In this document: in pieces, positions 9,922 to 19,855 of the stretch | How positions within the stretch are numbered: the first letter of the stretch is position 1 | How the letters are laid out: each line of letters opens with the position of its first letter | Assembly: GCA_020348925.1 (NCBI GenBank) | Contig: CP070758.1 | Span: 434,001-498,000, forward strand | DNA: 64,000 nt | Origin: Gemmatimonadota bacterium | GTDB lineage: Bacteria > JBHIER01 > G020348925 | Reading direction: 5' to 3' | The notes under the pieces: model-generated | The model's input: the letters and a program-made list of their open reading frames with translations, nothing else | Databases searched by the model: none | What the model was told of the DNA's origin: nothing | Made by a program: the position numbers and the translations under genes

Positions 9922-9988
9922 TCTCTTCCCTGATCTCCCGGTATGTGTGTTTTTGATTTTACAATTTGCATTTTTCAATTCAAATTCA

Positions 9989-11866
9989 TTAAAGTCCTGT
10001 CAGGCACTGAATCGCTGTTTCCCAGAGAAAAAGGAGCCTCGAGCCGATTTTGAAAAGAGCCAAATCCTGTGACGCCACCGTCATTCCATTATTATTCATG
10101 TCTACATCGAGCACTATTTTGCTTTCAGGATCAACAACAGCTGATTTGATCTTAGAGCCCGTTTCCATCTCAAACTCGACCCACCGGTCCATCCCATCCC
10201 AATTCTTATTAATTGACTCGCCGTCTTCCAGCTCGATGAGGACGCCCACCGGCATGACGACTGCACCTAATCGCTCAACTTTCACTTTTGTCCGGTATCT
10301 TTCTGGCGTTGAGCCCTTGTCAACTCCGTAAGTTTCTCTACTCTCTATCCACGTCACGGCGTAGTCGCAGACACCCGTCCCATAGAGCAACGGCTCGAAG
10401 AACCAATCCAGACCCTGAGCGCTCACCTCCTCAGCGATTGCGATGAAATCATCCGTCGTGGGATGGCGAAATGAAAACCGCTGGTAGTAAGTCCTCAAAA
10501 TTTCCCTCATCACATCCTCGCCCACGTATCGCTCCAGCGTCTCCAGCATGAAGGAGGCTTTGCTGTAGACCGTTGCCGTGTAACTGAGGAAGTTCTCGAA
10601 CTCCCAGGAGTCTTTTACAATGGGATCTGATTTCGGTTTCATGAGATACGTACCTCTTTCGTACTGAGGCTCTCTCAAGGTCAGGCCGAAGAGCTTGATA
10701 AAATTGTCCCTTTCACCATAAAGGGTCTCGAGCACCTTGCGGGTGGAATAGGTATTAATGCCTTCATCCAGCCAGGCTTCTTCAAATTCATTGCTCGCCA
10801 CCACACCGTACCACCACTGGTGGCCGATCTCATGGATAAGGACAGCCTCCTCGAACCGGATTGATTTCGGCAGGAGCCAGGAGAATTCCACTGCGACAAT
10901 CATCGGATACTCCATGCCACCGCCTCCCGGCCCGGTTTCGGCGTCGGTGATGACGAGCTTCTTATACGGATAGGAGCCGTACCACTCGCCGAGATAATTC
11001 AGTGCCATGCGAGCTGTTTCCATCACTCTCGGAATCTTTCTCTTGTGAGCGGGACGGCAGAGGAAGGAGACCTCCACACCGTCGAAAACCTCTCTGGTGA
11101 CAGTAAAGTCCGGATCTGCCTCCCAGTAGAAATCATGAACGGTTTCGGCGTTATACCGAACGGTCTTCATCCCTTCATCATCGACCGTTTCATCCTGAAG
11201 GTAGCCAGTCGCTCCCACAACATACTCTTCCGGGACAGCAAAGGAAACATCATATGTCCCGAAATTGGCGAAGAACTCGGAGCTGCAGTGATACTGATGG
11301 TTAACCCAGGAGCCGTCCGGTCGAATGGCGCACATCTTCGGGAACCACTGACCTATAGAATAGTGATCGCCTTTGTAGCCCATCCGGGCGATGACTTCTG
11401 GCAGTTGCACGGTAAATTCCACACAGAGCTCGACCTCCTCTCCGGGTGGTACTAACTGCGGCAGAACCACTTTCATGACCGTCTCATTAATAATAATGCT
11501 GTCATTCAGTCCCACCCCGCCAGCGATCTCCACATTGCCGATGTCCATGTAGCCCCACTTCCTCCTTCTCGCCACCCTTCGCCGAAACCACTTCGGACAC
11601 TCCCTCATAAACGTCGTCTTCTCATCTCGAAAGGCGTTGGGGTAGAGGTGCAGGTATAGTGTGTCGAGTGATGTTTCGGAGATATTAGTAAAAGTTATTA
11701 GTTCATCGCCGTAAAGTTTTTTCTTTTCATTATCAAGGGTTACGTCGATCTGGTAGGAAGCCACAACGGAGCTGCTTGATCCATCTTGTCCTAAAGAAGA
11801 TAGAGGTGAGAATAGAAATAAAACTAAGAAAGTGACAGATATTTTAATAGGAAACCAATATGCCAT
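9989..11866 (-). CDS. M1-family aminopeptidase (secreted)
   Basis: Signal peptide, LYPNAF, QWFPK, GGMEYP, HEIGH-x18-E, VYSKAS. Confidence 0.92.
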   Translation of the reverse strand: MAYWFPIKISVTFLVLFLFSPLSSLGQDGSSSSVVASYQIDVTLDNEKKKLYGDELITFTNISETSLDTLYLHLYPNAFRDEKTTFMRECPKWFRRRVARRRKWGYMDIGNVEIAGGVGLNDSIIINETVMKVVLPQLVPPGEEVELCVEFTVQLPEVIARMGYKGDHYSIGQWFPKMCAIRPDGSWVNHQYHCSSEFFANFGTYDVSFAVPEEYVVGATGYLQDETVDDEGMKTVRYNAETVHDFYWEADPDFTVTREVFDGVEVSFLCRPAHKRKIPRVMETARMALNYLGEWYGSYPYKKLVITDAETGPGGGGMEYPMIVAVEFSWLLPKSIRFEEAVLIHEIGHQWWYGVVASNEFEEAWLDEGINTYSTRKVLETLYGERDNFIKLFGLTLREPQYERGTYLMKPKSDPIVKDSWEFENFLSYTATVYSKASFMLETLERYVGEDVMREILRTYYQRFSFRHPTTDDFIAIAEEVSAQGLDWFFEPLLYGTGVCDYAVTWIESRETYGVDKGSTPERYRTKVKVERLGAVVMPVGVLIELEDGESINKNWDGMDRWVEFEMETGSKIKSAVVDPESKIVLDVDMNNNGMTVASQDLALFKIGSRLLFLWETAIQCLTGL

Positions 11867-12000
11867 CCAAGACCCCCCTCAAAAATTCAATCAATGCACT
11901 GAATAGAATTAAAATAGCTTCTTCTTTCACTTACAGCAATCAATTTCTCAATCCAAATGCACTAAAATGTACGGGAGGCTATATCCGTATCAGATTACCC

Positions 12001-12029
12001 TTGACAAAGAACAAAAGTTATGATAGCTT
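12001..12029 (+). promoter_or_regulatory. sigma70-like promoter
   Basis: TTGACA-N17-TAGCTT with TG extension. Confidence 0.55.
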
Positions 12030-12116
12030 GCTCTTTGTACTTTTTTGTTATTAAATTACTCTCATCTGGATGTTTACAGGGAGGATGAAATTTCCCATAA
12101 TGAAAGAGGATGATTC

Positions 12117-13451
12117 ATGAATTTCACACGAAAAAAATATCTTGTTAGGGTTTTGAAACTGGTTTTGGTGATTATTCTGACTTTAGGTTTCTCCCAGTGC
12201 GCCAAGTCGCCGACGGAATCGGAATCGCTTCAGAAAAGATCGGCCCTCGTTGAAGTTGAAGAAAGCAATTTTGTTCCAACGGAGATTACGACGAACGATT
12301 GCGACGACGGGGTCCAGCCCAGCGGGGCGCTGTACCGCATCTGCATGCCAAATCTGTGGAACAACGACCTTGTGGTGTGGGCCCACGGCTATACCGATCC
12401 CCAGGAGCCGTTGTCAATACCTGACGAAGAGATCGGTGGCTTCACCCTCTCGGAGATTGTAAACCTCTTGGGGTACGCCTTCGCCACGACAAGCTATCGG
12501 GCCAACGGCCTGGTCGTGCCCGATGCGGTCGAAGACCTGGCAGAACTGGTGGATATTTTCATCGGTGACTATACCGCCCCTGAACACGTCTACCTCGTCG
12601 GGGCATCGGAGGGCGGCCTCATTACGGCCCTGTCAATCGAGCAGTATCCGGAAAAGTTCAGCGGCGGGCTGGCTACCTGCGGGCCGGTGGGTGACTTCCC
12701 CACGCAACTCAACTACTTTGGCGATTTCCGGACACTCTTCAACTACTTTTTCCCAGACGTTTTACCGGGCAGCCCTGTTGATATCCCCAAAGAAATCATG
12801 GATTACTGGGACAGCGTATATGAACAAAAGGTTAAAGATGCCATCCACAGAAATCAGAATGCGACAGAACAGCTTTTTCGAGTGACCGGTGCACCTTTCG
12901 ATCCATGGGATCTCACAACCATCGAACAGACCGTACTGGGAGCCCTGCGGTACAATGTCTTTGCCACCAACAACGCGGTTGAAAAGTTGGGGGGCCAACC
13001 CTTCGATAACTCCAATCGAATCTACAAAGGATCAGAGGATGATTTCCAACTGAATCGAAAAGTTCAACGGTTTCGCCCAGACCAGACGGCCCTGGACGAG
13101 ATTGAAGCCAGATACCAAACATCAGGATTCCTCGACATCCCGCTGGTCACTCTGCACACCACGAAGGACGAGATCGTGCCCTACTGGCACGAGCCCCGTT
13201 ACAGCTGGAAAGTGTTCGGAAGCGGCTCGAGCTCACTGCATACGAACATGTCAGTCTATCGTTACGGTCACTGCAATTTCGAAGTTGAAGAGGTTCTTGC
13301 TGCTTTCGCCGTTCTGGTACTCTATGTTACAACGCAGGAGTTGGTTGTGCCGGAAAAGATCTTGGCCGATGCCGACTCGCGGTCTCAGTTTTTGGAACTT
13401 GCGCGGGAATATGGGGCCCAGCCGAAGATAGTTGTTAGATCTGCAATGTAA
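12117..13451 (+). CDS. Lipoprotein alpha/beta hydrolase
   Basis: Lipobox FSQC; WAHGY, GASEGG nucleophile elbow, KDEIVP, YGHC. Confidence 0.8.
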   Translation: MNFTRKKYLVRVLKLVLVIILTLGFSQCAKSPTESESLQKRSALVEVEESNFVPTEITTNDCDDGVQPSGALYRICMPNLWNNDLVVWAHGYTDPQEPLSIPDEEIGGFTLSEIVNLLGYAFATTSYRANGLVVPDAVEDLAELVDIFIGDYTAPEHVYLVGASEGGLITALSIEQYPEKFSGGLATCGPVGDFPTQLNYFGDFRTLFNYFFPDVLPGSPVDIPKEIMDYWDSVYEQKVKDAIHRNQNATEQLFRVTGAPFDPWDLTTIEQTVLGALRYNVFATNNAVEKLGGQPFDNSNRIYKGSEDDFQLNRKVQRFRPDQTALDEIEARYQTSGFLDIPLVTLHTTKDEIVPYWHEPRYSWKVFGSGSSSLHTNMSVYRYGHCNFEVEEVLAAFAVLVLYVTTQELVVPEKILADADSRSQFLELAREYGAQPKIVVRSAM

Positions 13452-13589
13452 CCAAAGAGAGGGGGTGCGTTTCAGTATATCCGCACAGTTCTATTTCGAC
13501 AATGATACAATCGAGAACATTTAATCATACTCTTCCTTCTTTCTCAAAGGAAGCAAGAGTGATTCTCTTCTACAGAAAAACGAATATTA

Positions 13590-13625
13590 AATCCCCCTAA
13601 GTCCCCCTTTACGAAAGGGGGACTT
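13590..13625. repeat. REP-like palindromic repeat, family A copy 2
   Basis: aatccccct then aagtcccccttt-acg-aaagggggactt (12-bp arms). Confidence 0.6.
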
Positions 13626-13634
13626 CTATGCTGG

Positions 13635-14534
13635 ATGTTTGGTTCACATATGGAGACAGAAAAGTTCAAACTTAAAGCATACTTAAAAAGATTTTTGTCT
13701 TTAGTGGGGATGATGTCTCTCAGTACCGCTCCTATCCAGACCTCCTGGGCTGAAACAAAGACCGAATCCAAAACCTTTACCCTCCATGGTACATTGAGCG
13801 ATGTTCAGACTGGTGGTGGGATTGCAGGTTGCTTCGTTGTGGTGGGAGAGGATTCCGTCAGAACAGACAGTTTAGGACATTATGAAATACAACTACCATC
13901 ACATGCCTATGAATTTTCTGTGAGATCATGGGGAAAAGATCATTATGAATATTCAACTCTCGTATACCTTGGTGAGGATACAGAACTAGATGTTCCTATG
14001 ATCCCGAAGAGTACTGATTTGAAATTCCTGAAATCATTCTTCCCCAATGACCGCATTATACGATGGGAAGAATTGCCCGTCAAAGTCTTTTATAATCGAT
14101 TAAAGGCACCAGGAGGATACATTCACATGCTCGAAAGAGCAATTATGGACTGGGAATTTGTGAGCAACATGGACCTTTTTGAGGAAGTTGAAACTCAAGA
14201 GGAAGCAGGTCTCAATATTCGATATGTGCCTTACGTAAAAGATGCCGAGTCCACGATCGATCTGCATATCGATTCAAATCGCTTCCTAAACATGACCATC
14301 TCCATAAAAACGTATTATTCCTGGTACATTTTCGGTGCAAGAACCTATGCCTACAAGGTGTTCGCCCATGAATTGGGTCATGCACTGGGATTGTCACATT
14401 CCAATTACGCTTTCCAGATCATGGCCTCTCCCCCTGAAGGTATATGGGAAATAACCGCTCCACTCGGAGAGATCATCCAAACAGTATACAAATTGCCTGT
14501 TGGTATGAATCTGTCCTCATACCATCTTAAATGA
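13635..14534 (+). CDS. Matrixin (M10-like metzincin) with N-terminal carboxypeptidase-regulatory-like domain
   Basis: HELGHALGLSH zinc motif, Met-turn IMAS; GTLSD..TG..I.G...TDSLGHY Ig-like domain; start uncertain. Confidence 0.85.
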   Translation: MFGSHMETEKFKLKAYLKRFLSLVGMMSLSTAPIQTSWAETKTESKTFTLHGTLSDVQTGGGIAGCFVVVGEDSVRTDSLGHYEIQLPSHAYEFSVRSWGKDHYEYSTLVYLGEDTELDVPMIPKSTDLKFLKSFFPNDRIIRWEELPVKVFYNRLKAPGGYIHMLERAIMDWEFVSNMDLFEEVETQEEAGLNIRYVPYVKDAESTIDLHIDSNRFLNMTISIKTYYSWYIFGARTYAYKVFAHELGHALGLSHSNYAFQIMASPPEGIWEITAPLGEIIQTVYKLPVGMNLSSYHLK

Positions 14535-14654
14535 AGATTGAATCATGCTGTATCTCCTCATAACTTTGTATTGGGCTCGCCGAGTCAAGTCCACCCTGAA
14601 GCTTTTGATTAAACAGCTAAAAAATTCACTGTTTCTCAACACATCTTTGTTAAA

Positions 14655-15272
14655 ATGATGAAATTCTTGCTTTCGGGTATCGTATTTGGACTCAGCGCCG
14701 GCTTGGCTCCCGGACCGCTGTTGACCCTTGTTATTTCTGAAACTTTGAAACACGGGACAAGAGAGGGTGTGAAGGTCTCCATGGCGCCTCTTGTGACGGA
14801 CCTGCCCATCGTCTTATTCACCATCTTTATCCTCTCGCGGCTGTCAAATATAGAACCGGTGGTCGGAGGAATATTTCTGCTCGGAGGCATATTTCTGCTC
14901 TATCTGGGATACGAGAGTCTGTCTTTCAAGGGTATTGATCTTGATCTCGAACAGGTCAAGCCGCAGTCACTCAGGAAGGGAATTGTCGCCAATTTCCTGA
15001 ACCCTCACCCATACGTGTTCTGGCTTTCGATAGGGGCGCCCCTGGTACTGAAAGCGTCAAGAATTCATAGTACCCTCGCAATCCTTTTTTTGTCGGCTTT
15101 CTATGTGTTCCTTATAGGCTCGAAATTGTCGGTGGCCGTTATTATTGGGAAATCGCGCCATTTTCTCAAAGCCAAAGGGTACGTATATTCGATCAGGTTT
15201 TTAGGTGTCATTCTCCTTGTGTTCGCCATTCTCTTTGTGGTGGATGGTTTAAAAGCGATAGGAGCATTCTAA
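14655..15272 (+). CDS. LysE-family transporter
   Basis: GLSAGLAPGP, NFLNPHPYVFW, hydrophobic. Confidence 0.92.
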   Translation: MMKFLLSGIVFGLSAGLAPGPLLTLVISETLKHGTREGVKVSMAPLVTDLPIVLFTIFILSRLSNIEPVVGGIFLLGGIFLLYLGYESLSFKGIDLDLEQVKPQSLRKGIVANFLNPHPYVFWLSIGAPLVLKASRIHSTLAILFLSAFYVFLIGSKLSVAVIIGKSRHFLKAKGYVYSIRFLGVILLVFAILFVVDGLKAIGAF

Positions 15273-16076
15273 ATGAAGAAGAGAGATGGTTATGCCGAAG
15301 TAAAGGGAGCGAAACTCTACTATGAGATAACGGGAGATGGACATCCTCTGGTATTGATTCATGGCGGGCTCATGGATAGCCGTATGTGGGATGATCAGAT
15401 GGACATCTTCGCTCAACGCTATGAGGTCATACGATACGATATTCGAGGATATAAAGATTCGGACCCTCCGGGTAAAAAATTCTCTCATGTTGAAGATCTC
15501 TATTGCCTGCTGAGATCTTTAAATATTGAAAAGGCATATATCGTAGGTTTATCGCTTGGCGGTATGATTGCGATTGACTTTGCTCTGGAGCATCCTGAGA
15601 TGGCGGCTGCCTTGATCCCCGTTGCCTCGGGTTTGAATGGGTATCAATATCAGGACGCGGAAAACCTCGAACCCCGGTTTACCGCAATCTTTAAAGCTGG
15701 GAAAACCGAGGGCGTTGATAAGGCCGTTGACTTGCTAATGGAGCTGCCTTACTTTGTTCCGGCTCAAGAAAATTCAGAGGTGCGACAGAGGATGCGTCTT
15801 ATGGCAAAGGAGAACTACAACACCTGGTCGGTCCAGCAGGATACTCGAATGTGGCCTTCACCGCCCTCCTTGGAAAGGCTTTCGGAGATCAAAATTCCGA
15901 CGCTGATCATCGTGGGTGACCATGACGTTTCGGATATTTTCGGCGTTGCCGATGCTCTTGAAGCGGAGATATCCGAAGCCAAGAAGGTGATCATTGAAGG
16001 GGCAGGGCATCATGTCAACATGGAAAAACCGGATGAGTTTAATAAAACGGTGCTGGATTTTTTGTTCAGCCCCTGA
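15273..16076 (+). CDS. Alpha/beta hydrolase
   Basis: LIHGG, YDIRGY, GLSLGG, GDHD, GAGHHVNME. Confidence 0.93.
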   Translation: MKKRDGYAEVKGAKLYYEITGDGHPLVLIHGGLMDSRMWDDQMDIFAQRYEVIRYDIRGYKDSDPPGKKFSHVEDLYCLLRSLNIEKAYIVGLSLGGMIAIDFALEHPEMAAALIPVASGLNGYQYQDAENLEPRFTAIFKAGKTEGVDKAVDLLMELPYFVPAQENSEVRQRMRLMAKENYNTWSVQQDTRMWPSPPSLERLSEIKIPTLIIVGDHDVSDIFGVADALEAEISEAKKVIIEGAGHHVNMEKPDEFNKTVLDFLFSP

Positions 16077-16167
16077 AACTTCTGCTAAAAGATAAAGGAT
16101 TCAAGGGACCCAGGAATTATATTGTAGGTTCGCCGAGACGAGTCCGAAGTGTATCTTTGAATTTGTT

Positions 16168-16860
16168 ATGAGACAGTTTGATCTTGTTGTGTTTGATCTG
16201 GGGGGGACCACGATCGAAGATCGAGGTGATGTGTCCAAGGCGTTCACTGCCGCTCTGAAGTCCCATCGCATTGACGTCACAGATTCGGAGCTTCTGGGGT
16301 GTCGCGGTCGTTCAAAGCTGGATACTGTGCGTTTCCTTGTGGAGAAAAAATCCTGGGGCGATACAGCATCATCTCGGAGGACTGTTGGACGTATTTACGA
16401 AGCGTTCCGCGAGGAACTGAAAAACAGATTTCAAGAGAACGGCGTTAGTCCCATCCCAGATGCTGAAAAGGTTTTCTCTTGGCTGAAAGGCCGAAAGATA
16501 AAAACAGCAATGACAACCGGTTTCGATCGACATATTGCCGACTTTATTCTGAAGAAGCTGTCCTGGCAAAAGAACGTTTTTGACGCCACCGTCTGTGGCA
16601 GCGAAGTTTCCCAAGGCCGTCCTGCTCCCTTCATGATTTTCCGCGCTATGGAGGCATGTCGCACCATCGATGTCCACCGAGTTATCAAAGTCGGGGATAC
16701 TCCTGTTGATATTCAAGCTGGCACTAATGCCGGTGTCCATACAGTGGCAGTGCTGACGGGGCCGCACGATGAGAACAGTTTGCGAAAAGAAAAGCCTGCT
16801 CATATTATCCCCAGTATCGCAGAATTGCCAGATGTATTGAAAGGAGAAGGGTTTCTTTAG
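16168..16860 (+). CDS. HAD-family phosphonatase-like hydrolase
   Basis: VFDLGGTT, TTGF, GRPAPFMI, KVGDTPVD. Confidence 0.88.
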   Translation: MRQFDLVVFDLGGTTIEDRGDVSKAFTAALKSHRIDVTDSELLGCRGRSKLDTVRFLVEKKSWGDTASSRRTVGRIYEAFREELKNRFQENGVSPIPDAEKVFSWLKGRKIKTAMTTGFDRHIADFILKKLSWQKNVFDATVCGSEVSQGRPAPFMIFRAMEACRTIDVHRVIKVGDTPVDIQAGTNAGVHTVAVLTGPHDENSLRKEKPAHIIPSIAELPDVLKGEGFL

Positions 16861-16975
16861 AGGTGACCGATTAAAAATTCCCGTTGAATTATATTCGCGA
16901 GAGGAACGCACAGAGCACCCAACAATATGATGTTGAAAATAATAAAACCCAACAACCACTCGAAAGGATATTGAC

Positions 16976-18421
16976 ATGAAGCGCTCAACCGTTATCATGC
17001 TATTGCTTCTCACAGCCCTGTGTTTGACGATGTGTACCTCGAAGCCTGACGAGGATATCGTTGGCACCTGGCAAGGCACGCTGGTATTTCCCGGTGCTAT
17101 TGAACTGAGTGTCGTATACAAGATCTCCAAAACACCTGCCGGTGAATTGAGGGCAACTCTGTTGAGGCCGGACCAAAGAGACGATGAGATTCCTGTAACC
17201 AAGATCGTCCTCGAGAACCGCCATCTCTTTATGGAAGTAGGGTCCATCAATGGCTCTTTCGATGGGAATATCAGTTCTGACGGATCCGTTATTCAGGGTC
17301 AATGGAAACATCCCGATTGGTCCCATTGACCCTGAATAACGGATCAATGGAAACATCCCGATTGGTCCCAACCGCTCGAGCTGAAGAAGGTGGAAGAAAT
17401 TTCAAAACCTCTCCGGCCACAAGAACCGATTCCGCCCTATCCCTATAAAGAGGAGGAAGTCGTCTACGTAAACAGCGAGGGACCATCCAGACTTGCCGGC
17501 ACCTTAACCTCACCGCACAAAGGATGCCCATGCCCGGCTGTGCTTCTGATATCAGGCGGTGGTCCCCATAATCGAGACGGGCTAATACTGGGGCATCGTC
17601 CTTTCCTGGTATTAGCAGACTATCTCACCCGCCGCGGGATCGCGGTTCTCAGAACCGACGATCGAGGAGTGGGAGCCTCCCTGGGCGATAGATCTCGTGC
17701 GACCAGCGAGGATTTCGCCAAGGACGCCCTGGCGGGCGTTCGATTCCTGAAGAACCGCACAGAGATTGCTTCAGACCGAATCGGTCTGATCGGACATAGC
17801 GAAGGAGGCACCATCGCATCCATGGCCGCGTCCCGATCATCCGATGTCTCTTTCATCGTAATGATGGCGGGCACAGGATTACCAGGCGACGAATATAACA
17901 TCCAGTTTGAGGAATCAATCGGACGGGCCCTGGGAGAGAGTGAGGAAGTCATCGCAGGAAAGCGAGCTATTCAGGAGCGCGTTTATTCCGCCTTGAAAAG
18001 TGAAGAGGACTTAACGGTCGTCGAAGCCAAACTTCGGGGCATTCTCAGTGAGCTTGACCCTCCAATGCCGGAGGCCACGTTGGAACAGGCTCTGGGACGA
18101 TACCTCTCGCCCTGGTTCCGCTTCTCCATAAACTACGATCCAGGAGAAACTTTGAAGAAGGTGAAATGTCCCGTATTGGCCCTGTTCGGCGAAAAGGATC
18201 TTCAGGTTCCATCCAAAGGGAACGTGGAAGCTGTCAAGAGGGCCCTCACGAGCGGCGGAAACAAGGATTTCAGAGTCGAGGTGGTACCAGGCCTCAATCA
18301 TCTGTTTCAGACGGCAAGAACCGGATTACCCACGGAATACGGAAAAATTGAGGAAACTCTATCGCCATTGGCACTGGAATTGATTGCAGACTGGATCCTT
18401 GAGCATACAAAGGTGAATTGA
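16976..18421 (+). pseudogene. Alpha/beta hydrolase (secreted or lipoprotein) interrupted by a 45-nt in-frame insertion containing two TGA
   Basis: ORFs 16976-17329 and 17390-18421 share one frame; removing 17326-17370 gives ...WKHPDWSQPLELKKVEE... with GHSEGG, KDLQV and NHLFQ triad motifs. Confidence 0.85.
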
Positions 18422-18485
18422 GCCAAAGTTTGAACGCTCGTATACAGAGCAGTCGACCTGGGACGTCTGTCTTTCAAGAAAAATC

Positions 18486-18514
18486 TTGACAAATCATTGA
18501 AAGCTTTGTAGCTT
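18486..18514 (+). promoter_or_regulatory. sigma70-like promoter
   Basis: TTGACA-N17-TAGCTT. Confidence 0.5.
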
Positions 18515-18645
18515 TGAAAGATGTTGCCTCATCGCAGGAAGTGTATTCCTGATGGCCTTAGAAACAAAGTCAACCATCGATGAAGGAACATTTCGAAAAT
18601 ACATCGAAAATAGAATGAAGGGACGCAGGAAGGAGGATAAAGGCG

Positions 18646-18969
18646 ATGGAACATACCTATGAAGAACTGAAGAAAAAGACGGTGGCGGACCTTCGGGAGA
18701 TTGCATCAGGTATTGAGCACGAGGCGGTCAAGGGCTATACTCAGTTGAATAAAGAACATCTCTTGAAAGCCATATGCGATGCCCTGAACATCGATATGTA
18801 CGCCCACCACGAGATAGTGGGCATCGACAAGGGTGCCATCAAAGCGAAGATCAAAGCTTTGAAGGTGAAGCGGGACGAGGCGTTTGAAGCCCACGATCAT
18901 GCCCAACTGAAAGTTGTCAGACGAAAAATCCACAGGCTCAAAAGGTCGCTGCGAAGAGCCATGGTTTAA
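18646..18969 (+). CDS. Small basic protein with Rho N-terminal-like helical domain
   Basis: ELKKKTVADLREIA...GYTQLNKEHLLKAI; strong AGGAGG RBS. Confidence 0.75.
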   Translation: MEHTYEELKKKTVADLREIASGIEHEAVKGYTQLNKEHLLKAICDALNIDMYAHHEIVGIDKGAIKAKIKALKVKRDEAFEAHDHAQLKVVRRKIHRLKRSLRRAMV

Positions 18970-18977
18970 GACTGCAG

Positions 18978-19406
18978 ATGGAGATTCGCCCCTATTCCGA
19001 TTCGGACGAGGCAGCTGTCGCAAAATTGTGGCGTGAGGTTTTCCCCGAGGCACCCTCATGGAATCTCCCCGAAACTGATATTCGGCGCAAGCGTGCAATT
19101 CAACCAGAACTTTTTCTCGTGGCCACCAGTGATTCATCGATCGTCGGTACTGCTATGGCCGGCTATGACGGCCACCGGGGATGGGTGTATTACGTGGCGG
19201 TCAGTCCAAAACACCGAAGGCAGGGAATCGGTTCCACTCTCATGAAGAGGGTGGAACAGGATCTCGCCGAGTTGGGCTGTCCAAAACTCAACCTCCAGGT
19301 TCGGACCGAGAACGAAGAGGTCGTCGCCTTCTATAAGAAACTGGGCTATACGGTTGAGGAACGGGTGAGCATGGGAAAACACCTGGAGAGAAGCAATGGG
19401 TCTTAG
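18978..19406 (+). CDS. GNAT acetyltransferase (YpeA-like)
   Basis: MAGYDGHRGWVYYVAV, RRQGIG, KLNLQVR, FYKKLGY. Confidence 0.93.
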   Translation: MEIRPYSDSDEAAVAKLWREVFPEAPSWNLPETDIRRKRAIQPELFLVATSDSSIVGTAMAGYDGHRGWVYYVAVSPKHRRQGIGSTLMKRVEQDLAELGCPKLNLQVRTENEEVVAFYKKLGYTVEERVSMGKHLERSNGS

Positions 19407-19839
19407 GAAACAATCATTCAAAATTTCAGGTCCCTTTGACTTCGTCCGCCTCTTTGTCAAAGATATCCCACAGTGGAGCGCTTTGGCCCGACGGCTCTTC
19501 GTATTATAAAAGCGACGCCGTATTGTGGATCTCATATCCTAAAAAAGGTTCAAAGATGGAGACTGATATGTCGCTCGATTTGGGCTGGGATACAATAACC
19601 CAGACCGAAGTAAGATCCGTTTCGCAGGTGTCCGTCTATAATAGACATTGGAACTCAGACAAGCATAAAAGTGGGTCGAATTGGACCCACTTTCGATCGT
19701 ATCTGAGTTCCTTCGGCCCCTTTCATCTTTTTCATCCGATCGAAAACTTTTCGTGTCCGTTTTCAATGCATTCCTTAACTGTTGGCAGCACAATAGGATT
19801 TCAAAAAAGAGCTGCGCCAGCCTTGATTCGAATTGAAAT

Positions 19840-19855
19840 TGGCACAAGGTTTGCA
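19840..19855 (+). promoter_or_regulatory. sigma54 (-24/-12) promoter
   Basis: TGGCAC-AAGGT-TTGCA, exact match to TGGCAC-N5-TTGCW in an intergenic region. Confidence 0.65.

Noticed and set aside
16369-17250. Long antisense ORFs (also 7430-8272, 52659-53414, 55955-56956 and others)
   Set aside because: Shadows of well-supported genes on the opposite strand
17326-17335. Two in-frame TGA codons as selenocysteines in the hydrolase
   Set aside because: They lie inside an exact inverted duplication of adjacent sequence, with no Cys-type context
17283-17370. Mini CRISPR array (27-nt repeat twice)
   Set aside because: Only two copies, the 18-nt 'spacer' is the reverse complement of flanking coding DNA, and no cas genes are present
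19620-19740. Lysine riboswitch on the minus strand (GAAAGGGGCCGAA plus long hairpin)
   Set aside because: The 5' AGAGGUGC and loop-E elements are missing and there is no downstream gene on that strand
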